Virus record (IMG/VR): IMGVR_UViG_3300010223_000002
DNA length: 55,404 nt
Strand: one strand, 5' to 3'
Origin: an uncultured virus (IMG/VR IMGVR_UViG_3300010223_000002)
Taxonomy: Duplodnaviria > Heunggongvirae > Uroviricota > Caudoviricetes
The position numbers and the translations under genes are program-made. Below the pieces are notes generated by a model. That model worked only from the letters and a program-made list of their open reading frames with translations, was not told where the DNA came from and ran no database searches. Positions 9,836 to 19,055 of the stretch are shown piece by piece (position 1 is the first letter of the stretch; every line of letters begins with the position of its first letter).

Positions 9836-9909
9836 GCGCCTTTAGCTCAATAGGTCAGAGCCCCCGGCTCATAACCGGGCTGTTCTGGGTTCGAATCCCA
9901 GAGGGCGCA
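9836..9909 (+). tRNA. tRNA with CAT anticodon, probably Ile2 (lysidine-modified, reads ATA)
   Basis: Cloverleaf; loop CT-CAT-AA; paired G1-C72 (not initiator); C4 and C5 in acceptor stem as in TilS substrates; followed by CTA rather than CCA. Confidence 0.85.
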
Positions 9910-9923
9910 CTAAAGGGGTTGAC

Positions 9924-10217
9924 ATGTTTAATATAACCGGAATGGATAAAGCAAGAGTATTGGTAGCACTTTTCAATGGCGCATCTGGAATAATAGCTCC
10001 TATGGCTATAATGACAGGAATTTCTAATGGAGGTTTAACTGTAGATCAGGCTAGAGAAATTCTAGCTTTTTCTAAATATGTTGATTATCTAAAAGGCAGA
10101 CCAATTAAGGTTGATTTTAGTAAAAATTTTCTAGATCTACATCTGTATGATAGAGATCATGGACCGGGAGCAGGTGAAGCTGCTATATTAGAAGAATTCA
10201 CTAGACCAGATATTTAG
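9924..10217 (+). CDS. Phage hypothetical protein
   Basis: ORF with DYLKGRPIKVD...YDRDHG motif; AGGGG RBS. Confidence 0.65.
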   Translation: MFNITGMDKARVLVALFNGASGIIAPMAIMTGISNGGLTVDQAREILAFSKYVDYLKGRPIKVDFSKNFLDLHLYDRDHGPGAGEAAILEEFTRPDI

Positions 10218-10752
10218 GGTTGGAAGTGAGTAGATTAGTTGTTATTCAATATAAAAAAGTTGGTGATCACGATATATATGGCAAGAGGTTTAAGTGGGTA
10301 TCTGAGTCTATTAAGGCTAGTTTTTGCGCCTCATTTTGTAAAGAAGTAAATCTAACTGTAGATAAGTTTGAGATAGTAATTAGAATTGAATGGATTGATT
10401 TTATAGTTAGAAGTATGGAATACTTTCAATACAAACATATGGATTCGGATATTTTTGAATATATGTTAGCGTTTGAAGCAGATAAGTGTAGGTGGTACAA
10501 TGAGCAAGATAACACAAGCCTTGATTATTAAAGTAGTATCTGACAAAAATGGATGTAAGGCTATGGATTTGGCTGCAAATAGAGAAATAGCACTATCTGT
10601 AGATAAAGATGATTCTTTGATGTCTAATGTGGATATTTTAGTTACTGAAGGCAAATTGATAGAAATTGAATATGTTTTGCCCCAATCAGAACGAGTAAAA
10701 AGCTTTTTGCTTCCTGCAAATACAGACGTTAAGATTAGAAAAGGTAAATAAC

Positions 10753-11604
10753 ATGCGTTTCATCGTATTTGATATCGAAACTATTCCTCAGACTGAAACA
10801 GCGCATCTTTGGAAGCCTAAAGAGGAAAATGAATTTCCCCCGATTCATGTTCATAAGATTCAAACGATAGGATATGTTTTAATTGATTTTGAAATGCCTG
10901 AAATGGTTCAGATGCATGTCGCACAGCTTTATGATGGTGATAATGCAATGACTGATGAGCAGTCGGCCGCACTTAATAAAGCTAAGGATTATATTACGCT
11001 ATTCAGTGATGAGAAGGATATCTTAATTCATTTTGTTAGAGATCTTATTGCTCAAAGCAAGGAAGATAGGAATATTTGTCTCGTATCTCAACATGGAACG
11101 AAGTTTGATATCCCAGTGATATTGACTAGATGTTTTAGTTATTCAATCAGAACAGATTGGTATTACGGATATATTACTAATAAGTTTAAGAATCCAGAAT
11201 CTAAGATTAATAGACCTCTTCATGTTGATATTAAACATGAATTTGCTGACGGTATGTTTAAAGGACATAGTCTTGAGCATATGGGAGTTTTAGCTGGACT
11301 AACGGGTAAAGATGAAGTAGATGGTAGCAAAACTAATGATTTGTACAATAGTGGTCAGTTTTTCAAGATCGCTGAGTATTGTTTGACTGATGTAATTAAA
11401 ACTGCGTTCATTTTCTTGAAACATTGTTCGCTAGCTATGCCAGTTTCAAATAATATTGATGAAGCTAATGCCTCTTGGGTTGAAATAAATATGGCTATGG
11501 CAAAGCTTGAAGAGTTACTCAAGATTGCTTCATCAGTATTGCCAGCAATTAAAAACTTGAGAGATAATACTAATTGGAATAAATACAACCCTCATTGGAA
11601 ATGA
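10753..11604 (+). CDS. DnaQ/PolB-type 3'-5' exonuclease
   Basis: ExoI VFDIETIP, ExoII HGTKFDIP, ExoIII YCLTDV. Confidence 0.85.
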   Translation: MRFIVFDIETIPQTETAHLWKPKEENEFPPIHVHKIQTIGYVLIDFEMPEMVQMHVAQLYDGDNAMTDEQSAALNKAKDYITLFSDEKDILIHFVRDLIAQSKEDRNICLVSQHGTKFDIPVILTRCFSYSIRTDWYYGYITNKFKNPESKINRPLHVDIKHEFADGMFKGHSLEHMGVLAGLTGKDEVDGSKTNDLYNSGQFFKIAEYCLTDVIKTAFIFLKHCSLAMPVSNNIDEANASWVEINMAMAKLEELLKIASSVLPAIKNLRDNTNWNKYNPHWK

Positions 11605-11761
11605 ATAAAGGTAATATTACTACTCAGCACACTATATGGTGTGGCAGATGCAGCAAGTGGGATCAGGCGTCTGGAACATTGCGTTTACTTATCGCAGAAT
11701 GGAAATCAAATGTATGCGGATGGCTTTGTCCCGCATGCAGTAAAGAATATAAGGCGATAAC

Positions 11762-12547
11762 ATGATAAGTGCAATTGAGCATTCGTTTGATAAATCAAAA
11801 GTTTTTCTACCTGTTATTCATTATTACGATGATGAGCAGTTTTGGAAAAACATTGAAATAGCTTATAAATATACTGACGGTGTTTGGCTTATTACGCAAG
11901 GTAGAGGTATGTATAGTGATAAATTGTGTAGGTTCGCAGAGGAAATGAGAGGAAAGCTTCCTACAACATTTTTTATTGGAGTAAATTTTCTACGAGACAA
12001 TATACATGCTTTTGAATTAGTTGAAAAAATGGGATGTGTATTTGATGGTTTATGGACAGATAACGGTTACGTTTACGATGATAATAGATCGATTGTAGAA
12101 GCAGATAATTTTGCTAGATTAATAGAAGAAAGTGATTGGAATGGTTTATATTTTGGAGGAACTGCATTTAAGTATCAAAGGAAAGTATTCTTTTTAGAGT
12201 ATGTAACTAGGGTTGCTTGTGATTATATGCATGTAGTTACAACTAGCGGACCTGGAACGGGTCAATCTGCGAACATTGAAAAAATCAAATTAATGCGGAA
12301 AGTGATTGATGATCATAGCGGTTATTCAACACTTTCCATAAATGATAACACACCACAACAATACAGACCGGGATTTGCTTTAGCATCTGGAGTTACGGTT
12401 GAAAATATTGGAACGTATCTTCCGTATGTAGATGCATTTATGGTTGGAACAGGTATTGAGAAGGAATTTGGAATTTTGGATGAAGACAAAGTTAGGGAAA
12501 TGAGTAGGTTGATTTACGAATATAGGTGTAGTCGAATAGGAACATAA
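11762..12547 (+). CDS. BtpA/SgcQ-like TIM-barrel protein
   Basis: LPVIH, IGVNFL, AFKYQ, TTSGPGTG, ALASGVTVENI, DAFMVGT phosphate-binding barrel motifs. Confidence 0.7.
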   Translation: MISAIEHSFDKSKVFLPVIHYYDDEQFWKNIEIAYKYTDGVWLITQGRGMYSDKLCRFAEEMRGKLPTTFFIGVNFLRDNIHAFELVEKMGCVFDGLWTDNGYVYDDNRSIVEADNFARLIEESDWNGLYFGGTAFKYQRKVFFLEYVTRVACDYMHVVTTSGPGTGQSANIEKIKLMRKVIDDHSGYSTLSINDNTPQQYRPGFALASGVTVENIGTYLPYVDAFMVGTGIEKEFGILDEDKVREMSRLIYEYRCSRIGT

Positions 12548-12561
12548 TCATAAAGGTTAAA

Positions 12562-12625
12562 TGGCTAAAATCCTAGCCAGCCTTCCTACAGTTAGTTTCG
12601 TTCCCCTTTACTTTCTGTAGGAAGG
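12562..12625 (+). promoter_or_regulatory. Two intergenic hairpins
   Basis: TGGCTA/TAGCCA and 11-bp CCTTCCTACAG/CTGTAGGAAGG. Confidence 0.5.
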
Positions 12626-12839
12626 TCCAATTAGGTCTTAGTTAATAGGGGGTTTACTAAGATGGAAAAAGTATACATTCTTTCATGTCTAACTTTGGAT
12701 CAGATCAAATCTCAAATAGATAATTCTGGCACATGTTGTCTTAGAATATCTGTTGATAAGAAAGATGCAATAAAGAAAAGTCATATGGGAATGGGATGTA
12801 AAATATATGAGATGACAATTGAAAATTTAGAGGATAGAG

Positions 12840-13241
12840 ATGTTTCATAAAGGCGATATAAAACTTGCTAAAGAATTAATTGCTGAATTTATAGAAAAGC
12901 GTATTAATTTAGAAGAACAGTATGCCATGAACAAAGATGGTGTACCTGCTATGGAAGTTACACGTTTTAGTGCAAATGAAATGGCTGGTTGTTTTTTGGA
13001 TACTTATGGTTTTTATGCATACAGTGTATTTTTGCAATTCCCAGATAGCATGAAAGCTTCTTATGAAGCTAATCAACCTGGTACTCTAAAACTTTTAGAA
13101 CGAGCTTGTAAAAAGCTGGTTTTCAAAATTCCAGAACTTGGTACTAATAATCCAACTGTGAATCAGTACGCAATATGGCTTTCTAAGGTAAACGATTACA
13201 TTGGAAGTCATAACAAGGTAGATGACGGTAAAGCTAATTAG
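12840..13241 (+). CDS. Hypothetical protein
   Basis: ORF with GAGG RBS. Confidence 0.6.
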   Translation: MFHKGDIKLAKELIAEFIEKRINLEEQYAMNKDGVPAMEVTRFSANEMAGCFLDTYGFYAYSVFLQFPDSMKASYEANQPGTLKLLERACKKLVFKIPELGTNNPTVNQYAIWLSKVNDYIGSHNKVDDGKAN

Positions 13242-13252
13242 GAGAAAATGAA

Positions 13253-13531
13253 ATGAGTATGGGTATGCCGATGATGAGCCCTCCCGAACCGCCTAAGCCA
13301 CCTAAACCTGAAGACGGTAGTGTTATGGCTTATTGGGCTATCGCTCAAGCTGTATCACAAATTGCGCAAGGCACGCAACGTGTGATTGCGGAGGATAATA
13401 CTATTCAAGCCGATCCAGAGCTTAAGGCTATCGCTGATAAGCTTATGAAGGACTTGGAGAGTCTTTCCATTGCTTTGGTAACTCGCATTCCAGAAGCTAG
13501 AGCAAAGCAAGAAAAAGATAGCGAAGGATAG
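13253..13531 (+). CDS. Hypothetical protein, Pro-rich N-terminus
   Basis: ORF with GGAG RBS. Confidence 0.6.
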   Translation: MSMGMPMMSPPEPPKPPKPEDGSVMAYWAIAQAVSQIAQGTQRVIAEDNTIQADPELKAIADKLMKDLESLSIALVTRIPEARAKQEKDSEG

Positions 13532-13538
13532 CATAAAT

Positions 13539-13594
13539 CTTCCGATAGAAGTTAAGGCTTCAATAAAGGGTTCAATTCCCTTTTCGGAGGACCA
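13539..13594 (+). ncRNA. Anticodon-less tRNA-like mini-RNA (acceptor + D-like + T arm + ACCA)
   Basis: CTTCCGA/TCGGAGG 7-bp stem, TA, GAAG-TTAAGG-CTTC, AAAGGG-TTCAATT-CCCTTT, A-CCA. Confidence 0.65.
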
Positions 13595-13629
13595 AGAATG
13601 GGTGTGTTACTTACTACAAGGATTTCAAA

Positions 13630-14412
13630 ATGAATGAATATAAAAATCTAGGTATCGATGTCAGTCATCATCAAATTCCCACTAATTTTGATTGGGAGGC
13701 TTTTGAAGCAGAATATGATTTTCTGATTGCTAGATGTACGTATGGAGATAAAGAGGATGAGAGATTTGATGATTTTAGAAATAAGTGTTTAAGTCTTCAT
13801 AAGGTGTTTGGGGCTTATCACTTTTTCAGACAAACTCAAAGTATTGCGTCTCAAATAGGTGCTATTGACTCTGTATTAAACAAAGTTGCTTATGGTAGAT
13901 TAGATATGTATCCGGCACTTGATCTTGAATCTAATGAAAGATGGGATGGACCTGTTAATCCAAAGCTATATAGTGAAGGTGGAGAAAAGATAGCTGACTG
14001 GATGCGAAAAGAATTTGGTGGGTGTTTAATTTATATATCACCAGCTTTTTGGACAGCAATGGGTCGTCCATCATGGGTATTAGAGCATCACATTTGGACA
14101 GCACATTGGAATGTGAAAACTCCTAGTAGAGTTGATTCAAAGCAAGAAGATATATGGCAATACATTGTAAAGAAAACTTCTGTATATCCTGATGCTATCG
14201 ATTTGAATTATTGTCGTGATATATCTCTTGTTCAAATTGGGGAAATAGAACATGAGGAAGATAATACTAATAGGACTAATTTGACAGAAGAAGAACAAAG
14301 CGTTTTAAGTGATATGCTTAGCGAGGTTCATGTTCTTCATGCAGATCTTAAGCTAATGCTTCAAAGAGCAGAACTATTGATAGAAAAGATTGAGGGATTC
14401 ACTAAGAAGTAA
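13630..14412 (+). CDS. GH25 lysozyme (endolysin-like) with C-terminal helical tail
   Basis: GIDVSHHQ, GAYHFF, ALDLES (DxE), WTAHW, IWQY, IDLN. Confidence 0.9.
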   Translation: MNEYKNLGIDVSHHQIPTNFDWEAFEAEYDFLIARCTYGDKEDERFDDFRNKCLSLHKVFGAYHFFRQTQSIASQIGAIDSVLNKVAYGRLDMYPALDLESNERWDGPVNPKLYSEGGEKIADWMRKEFGGCLIYISPAFWTAMGRPSWVLEHHIWTAHWNVKTPSRVDSKQEDIWQYIVKKTSVYPDAIDLNYCRDISLVQIGEIEHEEDNTNRTNLTEEEQSVLSDMLSEVHVLHADLKLMLQRAELLIEKIEGFTKK

Positions 14413-14656
14413 TGTTTGTTGCTAAGTCAAATAGCATATCTAGTGATGTGTCGATCGTCGAGTCTACAGGGGGCGCATGGGCGTGCGTGTCCGTTCTCTG
14501 GTGGGATGTTGCCACGTGGTTGTGGTGGGCTTCTGGCGCCATCTGAGCGGCGCGCATGGATGGTTTTGGAGCTTTGCGACGGTCGTCGATTGCCTGTGCG
14601 AGTTATTAAAATGTCAAACGAACATGTAGTTGTAGAAAAAGTGCAATAAGATTAAA

Positions 14657-14950
14657 ATGAGTATTCCTATTCTAAAGCATTGGGCTGTAAGGTGGATTTC
14701 TGATGATCCATACATGGCACCAGAATGCAATAGTAAATGCGTTGCTGGTACTATTTTCGGTTCTGAAAAGTTTAAGGATGGAGACAAAATTAGAACCAGT
14801 ATAATTGCAAAAGTAGAAGGTAGATTAATTACGACTGAAAGTGGTTCTAAATACAGACTTTATGGTCGTCCACATAAAGAATACGTTAGGTGGATGAAAG
14901 AAAAAAATATAAAGTACGACGGTAAAAATCCTATTAAGTTTAAGGACTAA
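14657..14950 (+). CDS. Phage hypothetical protein
   Basis: ORF with PYMAPE...DGDKIRTS...TESGSKYRL motifs. Confidence 0.65.
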   Translation: MSIPILKHWAVRWISDDPYMAPECNSKCVAGTIFGSEKFKDGDKIRTSIIAKVEGRLITTESGSKYRLYGRPHKEYVRWMKEKNIKYDGKNPIKFKD

Positions 14951-14953
14951 ATC

Positions 14954-15631
14954 ATGAGTGCTAATATAGTTTATGCTGGTAAATACAACATTAATCCAGA
15001 TTGTAAGAGTATTTTCTTAGCTGGACCTACTCCTAGATCGTCTAAGGTTATGGATGGATGTGACAAAATAGTTCCATCTTGGCGTCCAAGAGCTATTGGT
15101 GATTTAGAATGGTTAGGTTTTACTGGTAACATATTTGTACCAGAGACTAAAAATGGAGCTTGGCCTAAATATGATGATCAACTTACATGGGAAGATAATT
15201 GTCTTACGTATGCTGATTGTATAATATTTTGGATTCCTAGAGATATGGAGACTTTGCCAGGTTTAACTACTAATGACGAATGGGGCTATTGGAAGAAAAG
15301 CGGTAAGTGTGTATTAGGTGCACCACCAGATGCACATAAAGTTAGATATCAAAAATGGTGGGCTGAAAAGTTAGGTGTACCCTTTGCTGATAGATTGGAT
15401 TTCGTATGTGATTATGCATTATATTTTGTAAATTATGGTGAGCATAGAAACACGTACCCATTTAATAATTATCCAGAGGATTACGAGCCTTGTGGAGAAT
15501 GTGGATATGATCATGAATATGAATATGAAGAAGCTTATAAATGGCATGTAGAACATGATTCAGATTATTGTGCAATATGTGGAAGTCGTCATAGTGAACA
15601 GTTAGCTTGTCAGATAGCGGTGGTTAAGTAA
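14954..15631 (+). CDS. Nucleoside 2-deoxyribosyltransferase-like protein with C-terminal Cys/His extension
   Basis: SIFLAGPTPR, WR, FVPE, IIFWIPRD...PGLTTNDEWG. Confidence 0.8.
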   Translation: MSANIVYAGKYNINPDCKSIFLAGPTPRSSKVMDGCDKIVPSWRPRAIGDLEWLGFTGNIFVPETKNGAWPKYDDQLTWEDNCLTYADCIIFWIPRDMETLPGLTTNDEWGYWKKSGKCVLGAPPDAHKVRYQKWWAEKLGVPFADRLDFVCDYALYFVNYGEHRNTYPFNNYPEDYEPCGECGYDHEYEYEEAYKWHVEHDSDYCAICGSRHSEQLACQIAVVK

Positions 15632-15632
15632 C

Positions 15633-15896
15633 ATGGCTACGAGTCCTAAAGCGGTAATACTTGAATCTATTTCAGAAACTAAGGCCGTTCTTAAATTAAG
15701 CACTAAAAATGTTGAATTGTTGGTTGAAGATTTGAAAGATTTAGGAATAGATGAAGATATTGTAAAAGATTACAGATTAGCAGTAGATAGACTTAATTAT
15801 GTTTGTGATATATTAAGTAGAATGCAACGTAACGTAAGAGGTACATTGGCTGAATATAGTCAAAGAATGCCTAAAGACAGAAGAAATACAAAGTGA
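15633..15896 (+). CDS. Helical hypothetical protein, paralog of 16709..17038
   Basis: IDEDIVKDYRLAVDRLNYV similar to IDEDIIQDFSLAKSRLDYV. Confidence 0.6.
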   Translation: MATSPKAVILESISETKAVLKLSTKNVELLVEDLKDLGIDEDIVKDYRLAVDRLNYVCDILSRMQRNVRGTLAEYSQRMPKDRRNTK

Positions 15897-16150
15897 AAGA
15901 TATATTTGGCAATGAGCTTAATGATGAAGATTCACTTCTATATTTTATTGAAGGAATGAGAATCAATTTTGGATTCAATGTTCAAAGAGCACTTAACAGA
16001 CATAAAAGAGATAGAAAATGGCTAGCTGAAAAATTGGATTTGACAGAGGAGCAACTTTCTAAGATGGTTTTTGAAGATGAAGCCAATCCAAATTTGGAGA
16101 TGATAGCAAAAATATGTCATCATTTGAACATAAAAAATGTTTTGGAATAA
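15893..16150 (+). CDS. XRE-family helix-turn-helix protein
   Basis: RKWLAEKLDLTEEQLSKM...NPNLEMIAKICHHLNI. Confidence 0.8.
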   Translation: MKDIFGNELNDEDSLLYFIEGMRINFGFNVQRALNRHKRDRKWLAEKLDLTEEQLSKMVFEDEANPNLEMIAKICHHLNIKNVLE

Positions 16151-16159
16151 AGTATCATA

Positions 16160-16368
16160 AAGGTTCATTCGAATTGTCAGGGCTGGTGAGAGTCTGGCAG
16201 TAAGATAACGGAGGTTACCCAAGAAAACTAATCCGGTGGAGTTACTGGTATTCATTTTTTTCACCCATGGTATCAGATTCGGTTTTACCGATTTACAACT
16301 TCACGTCAGTTTTTGGTTAAGCTGACAGAACCTTAGAGACTTTTAGGATTGATCACCCTTTTAGTCTC
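16160..16368 (+). ncRNA. Candidate multibranched structured RNA upstream of tRNA-Leu
   Basis: AAGGTTC/GAACCTT closing helix enclosing about five hairpins, followed by GAGACT/AGTCTC hairpin. Confidence 0.4.
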
Positions 16369-16372
16369 GATT

Positions 16373-16459
16373 GGCCTCGTGGCGGAATTGGCAGACGCGG
16401 TGGGCTTAAAACCCGCTGATCGCAAGATCGTATCGGTTCGAACCCGATCGGGGCTACCA
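16373..16459 (+). tRNA. tRNA-Leu(TAA), copy 1
   Basis: Type II cloverleaf with GATC-GCAA-GATC variable arm; loop CT-TAA-AA; CCA encoded. Confidence 0.95.
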
Positions 16460-16464
16460 AGATA

Positions 16465-16716
16465 ATGTATAATAATATAGAAGAAGCCACTAGAGAGTTT
16501 ATACGGTTAAATTATACTGGTGAAAGTCTTAGACTTAGTGCAGAAATGTTAGAAAGTATATATACACAATGGAAAGATATTCGACGCGAAAATCCAGGTC
16601 AAAAAGATATATTTGTTTATACAATGTCAAGAGGCGGAAATACTCTTGCTGCATTGTTTACTAAATTGAAAGACGGAACAGAAGTTGTTGATTTAGTTTA
16701 CAATCCTAATGATTAG
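16465..16716 (+). CDS. Hypothetical protein
   Basis: ORF between the two tRNA-Leu copies. Confidence 0.55.
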   Translation: MYNNIEEATREFIRLNYTGESLRLSAEMLESIYTQWKDIRRENPGQKDIFVYTMSRGGNTLAALFTKLKDGTEVVDLVYNPND

Positions 16717-17038
16717 GGCTACTATGACTGTAGAAAAAGATATTATTACTAAGTTTGTCAAAGAAATAAATAGGCAAGCAAAGAAAGATCCTAAAACAAT
16801 ATTATTAAGAGATAATCCTATGCCTATAGATCCAAAAGCAATAAAGGTCGAGAATGCTACTTATGTACATACTAAGTTGACGTTGTGTTCTGAAATTCTC
16901 TCAGATGTTCAACCATTACTCGATAAAAAACTAGACATAGATGAAGATATAATACAGGATTTTTCTCTTGCTAAGAGTCGTTTAGATTATGTAATAGATC
17001 ACATTCGTAGAGTACAACTGAGTCTTAGAAAACAATAG
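16709..17038 (+). CDS. Helical hypothetical protein, paralog of 15633..15896
   Basis: Shared C-terminal motif. Confidence 0.6.
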   Translation: MIRATMTVEKDIITKFVKEINRQAKKDPKTILLRDNPMPIDPKAIKVENATYVHTKLTLCSEILSDVQPLLDKKLDIDEDIIQDFSLAKSRLDYVIDHIRRVQLSLRKQ

Positions 17039-17045
17039 ATTGTTT

Positions 17046-17129
17046 GGCCTCGTGGCGGAATTGGCAGACGCGGTGGGCTTAAAACCCGCTGATCGCAAGA
17101 TCGTATCGGTTCGAATCCGATTGGGGCTA
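17046..17129 (+). tRNA. tRNA-Leu(TAA), copy 2
   Basis: Nearly identical to copy 1 (two C>T changes near the 3' end; CTA instead of CCA). Confidence 0.93.
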
Positions 17130-17268
17130 CTAATGAAAAGAAGAGTAATAAAGAAGCAATATAATAGAAAGATTAAATTGTATTCTGCTATGAATAAAAA
17201 GAGTAAAGGATATCATACTAGATATACAGATAAAGCTAGATTTGACAGAATTATAGAAGAAATGCTAA

Positions 17269-17778
17269 ATGAAGATGAGCAGAATAGCTGACATAGATAT
17301 AGAGACTGGGCATCCTATGACTGATTCAAAATCGCGAATTACATTATTGGATTTACCTGTTTTGCCTAAGGACAGGGATTTTGCAGCTGGTACATCTATC
17401 ATAATGGATGCATTCATTAGTGATAGAGATTCAGTGAAAAATCATTATCAATTGTGTCAATTTATTGAAAAGTGGAGGAATATTTGGCTTTTAAATAAGG
17501 AAGCAGTAGAGAAATATACGACGCAAGAAGAATTTGATATAGTTAGTTTGAATTTTGATATGGATGTAGTTTTTAATAGTTTTGTTAGAATGCTTATGAA
17601 AGATGATAATTTAGATTTTGAAGATAGAAATGTGATAATTGCAATGAATTTGTGTATTCCTAATGCATGCATACTTGTTTTTAAGTTATCAAATCATTAT
17701 GGAGTTGGAAATGATTTGGGGTTTGTTAGATTATTTCTAGATCCATATCCAGAGTTTGTAGATGAGTTGAGAATATGA
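17269..17778 (+). CDS. Hypothetical protein
   Basis: 169-aa ORF in operon-like run. Confidence 0.6.
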   Translation: MKMSRIADIDIETGHPMTDSKSRITLLDLPVLPKDRDFAAGTSIIMDAFISDRDSVKNHYQLCQFIEKWRNIWLLNKEAVEKYTTQEEFDIVSLNFDMDVVFNSFVRMLMKDDNLDFEDRNVIIAMNLCIPNACILVFKLSNHYGVGNDLGFVRLFLDPYPEFVDELRI

Positions 17779-18134
17779 TGCTTCCAATTGGAGATCTAGA
17801 CGATGTAAGAGTTGCTTTGAATCTTACTGAAATAGTGAAGAAAGATGGAGGTTCTAAAACTGGATTGGATTTAATTGAGATATTTTTTCTATATGCTTTA
17901 AGACCTTATTACGATTGTATATGGGATGGAATGACTAAAGAATCATGTGCTGTTTTGTATTCATTAGCTAAGTTAGTTCCAGAAGATATGGCTAAAAATT
18001 TACAAATATATCCTAAGGGAGAAAAAGAATGGATAATGCTTTCTGATTTTATTCAGGAAGTAGAAGAAGATAAAAGTATGGTTGTGCTAGAGGTACCAAA
18101 GGCATTACAAGAAAGATTTGAACGGTTTTTGTAA
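17775..18134 (+). CDS. Hypothetical protein
   Basis: ORF with ATGA overlap. Confidence 0.6.
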   Translation: MMLPIGDLDDVRVALNLTEIVKKDGGSKTGLDLIEIFFLYALRPYYDCIWDGMTKESCAVLYSLAKLVPEDMAKNLQIYPKGEKEWIMLSDFIQEVEEDKSMVVLEVPKALQERFERFL

Positions 18135-18637
18135 TGAATATATTTGTATTAGATAAAGATCCTAAGATTGCAGCTATGTGTTTATGTGATAAGCACGTGG
18201 TGAAGATGGTATTAGAGTCTGCTCAGATATTATGTTCTGTTTCATGGTTGAGAGGTATTGAAGCGCCATATATATTAACTCATAAGAATCATCCTATTAT
18301 TACTTGGACAAACTCATCACTTGGGAATTATAATTGGTTACTTGAGCATGCTTTTGGAATTTGTGATGAATATCATTTTAGGTATGAACGGGTTCATAAG
18401 AGTAAAGATGTAATTATATGGTGTCAGCAATGTGGAGCAAAGCCTAAGGTTGATGTTTTAACTAAGTTTATTCAGTGTATGCCTGATCAATACAAAAGTT
18501 CGAATGCAATTGAATCATACAGATTGTATTATAGAGAAGAAAAAAGTAATATAGCTACTTGGAAGCGTAGAAAGGCACCACTTTGGTGGGCAAATGAGCA
18601 AGCAAGCAAAGTATTGGGAGGAGATATCGAAAGATAG
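18134..18637 (+). CDS. Pyrimidine-dimer DNA glycosylase / endonuclease V-like protein
   Basis: MNIFVLD...CDKHVVKMVLESAQIL, THKNHP, EYHFRY...HKS, MPDQYK, YRLYY. Confidence 0.85.
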   Translation: MNIFVLDKDPKIAAMCLCDKHVVKMVLESAQILCSVSWLRGIEAPYILTHKNHPIITWTNSSLGNYNWLLEHAFGICDEYHFRYERVHKSKDVIIWCQQCGAKPKVDVLTKFIQCMPDQYKSSNAIESYRLYYREEKSNIATWKRRKAPLWWANEQASKVLGGDIER

Positions 18638-19055
18638 ATCGTTTTTCTATCGAGTTGCATACAGATTTACAGGCAATAGTGAGACTGCAAACGACTTACT
18701 TCAAGATACTTTATTGAAAGCATTTGAAAAGTCGTATCAGTTTAATGGTGGTAGTCTTAGAGCTTGGGTAAAAAGGATAATGTGGACAAGGCACTTGAGG
18801 CTTTGTCAAAACCGTGCTAGGGTTCAATTATGTGATATAGATGAAGCTTATGACATATCAGATGGTAAACAGTCAATAGATGTGGTCGTATTGGATGAGC
18901 AACTTAGTGCATTAGATAATATACAAAGAGAATTAGTATCATTGTATGTAAGAGGTTATGATTATGAAGAGATAAGTAAAATATTAGATATTCCGGTGAG
19001 CACCGCTAGGGTAAAGATTCACCGAGCTAAAGAGCGTATAAGGCAAAAGAAATGA
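18594..19055 (+). CDS. ECF-type RNA polymerase sigma factor
   Basis: Region 2 ANDLLQDTLLKA...LRAWV; region 4 GYDYEEISKILDIPVSTARVKIHRAK. Confidence 0.9.
   Translation: MSKQAKYWEEISKDRSFFYRVAYRFTGNSETANDLLQDTLLKAFEKSYQFNGGSLRAWVKRIMWTRHLRLCQNRARVQLCDIDEAYDISDGKQSIDVVVLDEQLSALDNIQRELVSLYVRGYDYEEISKILDIPVSTARVKIHRAKERIRQKK

Noticed and set aside
14416..14649. 77-aa ORF over a GC-rich island
   Set aside because: TTG start, no RBS and atypical composition.
17040..17132. 5' extensions of ORFs 17040..17291 and 22122..22712
   Set aside because: They run through tRNA genes; real starts are more likely 17133 and 22158.
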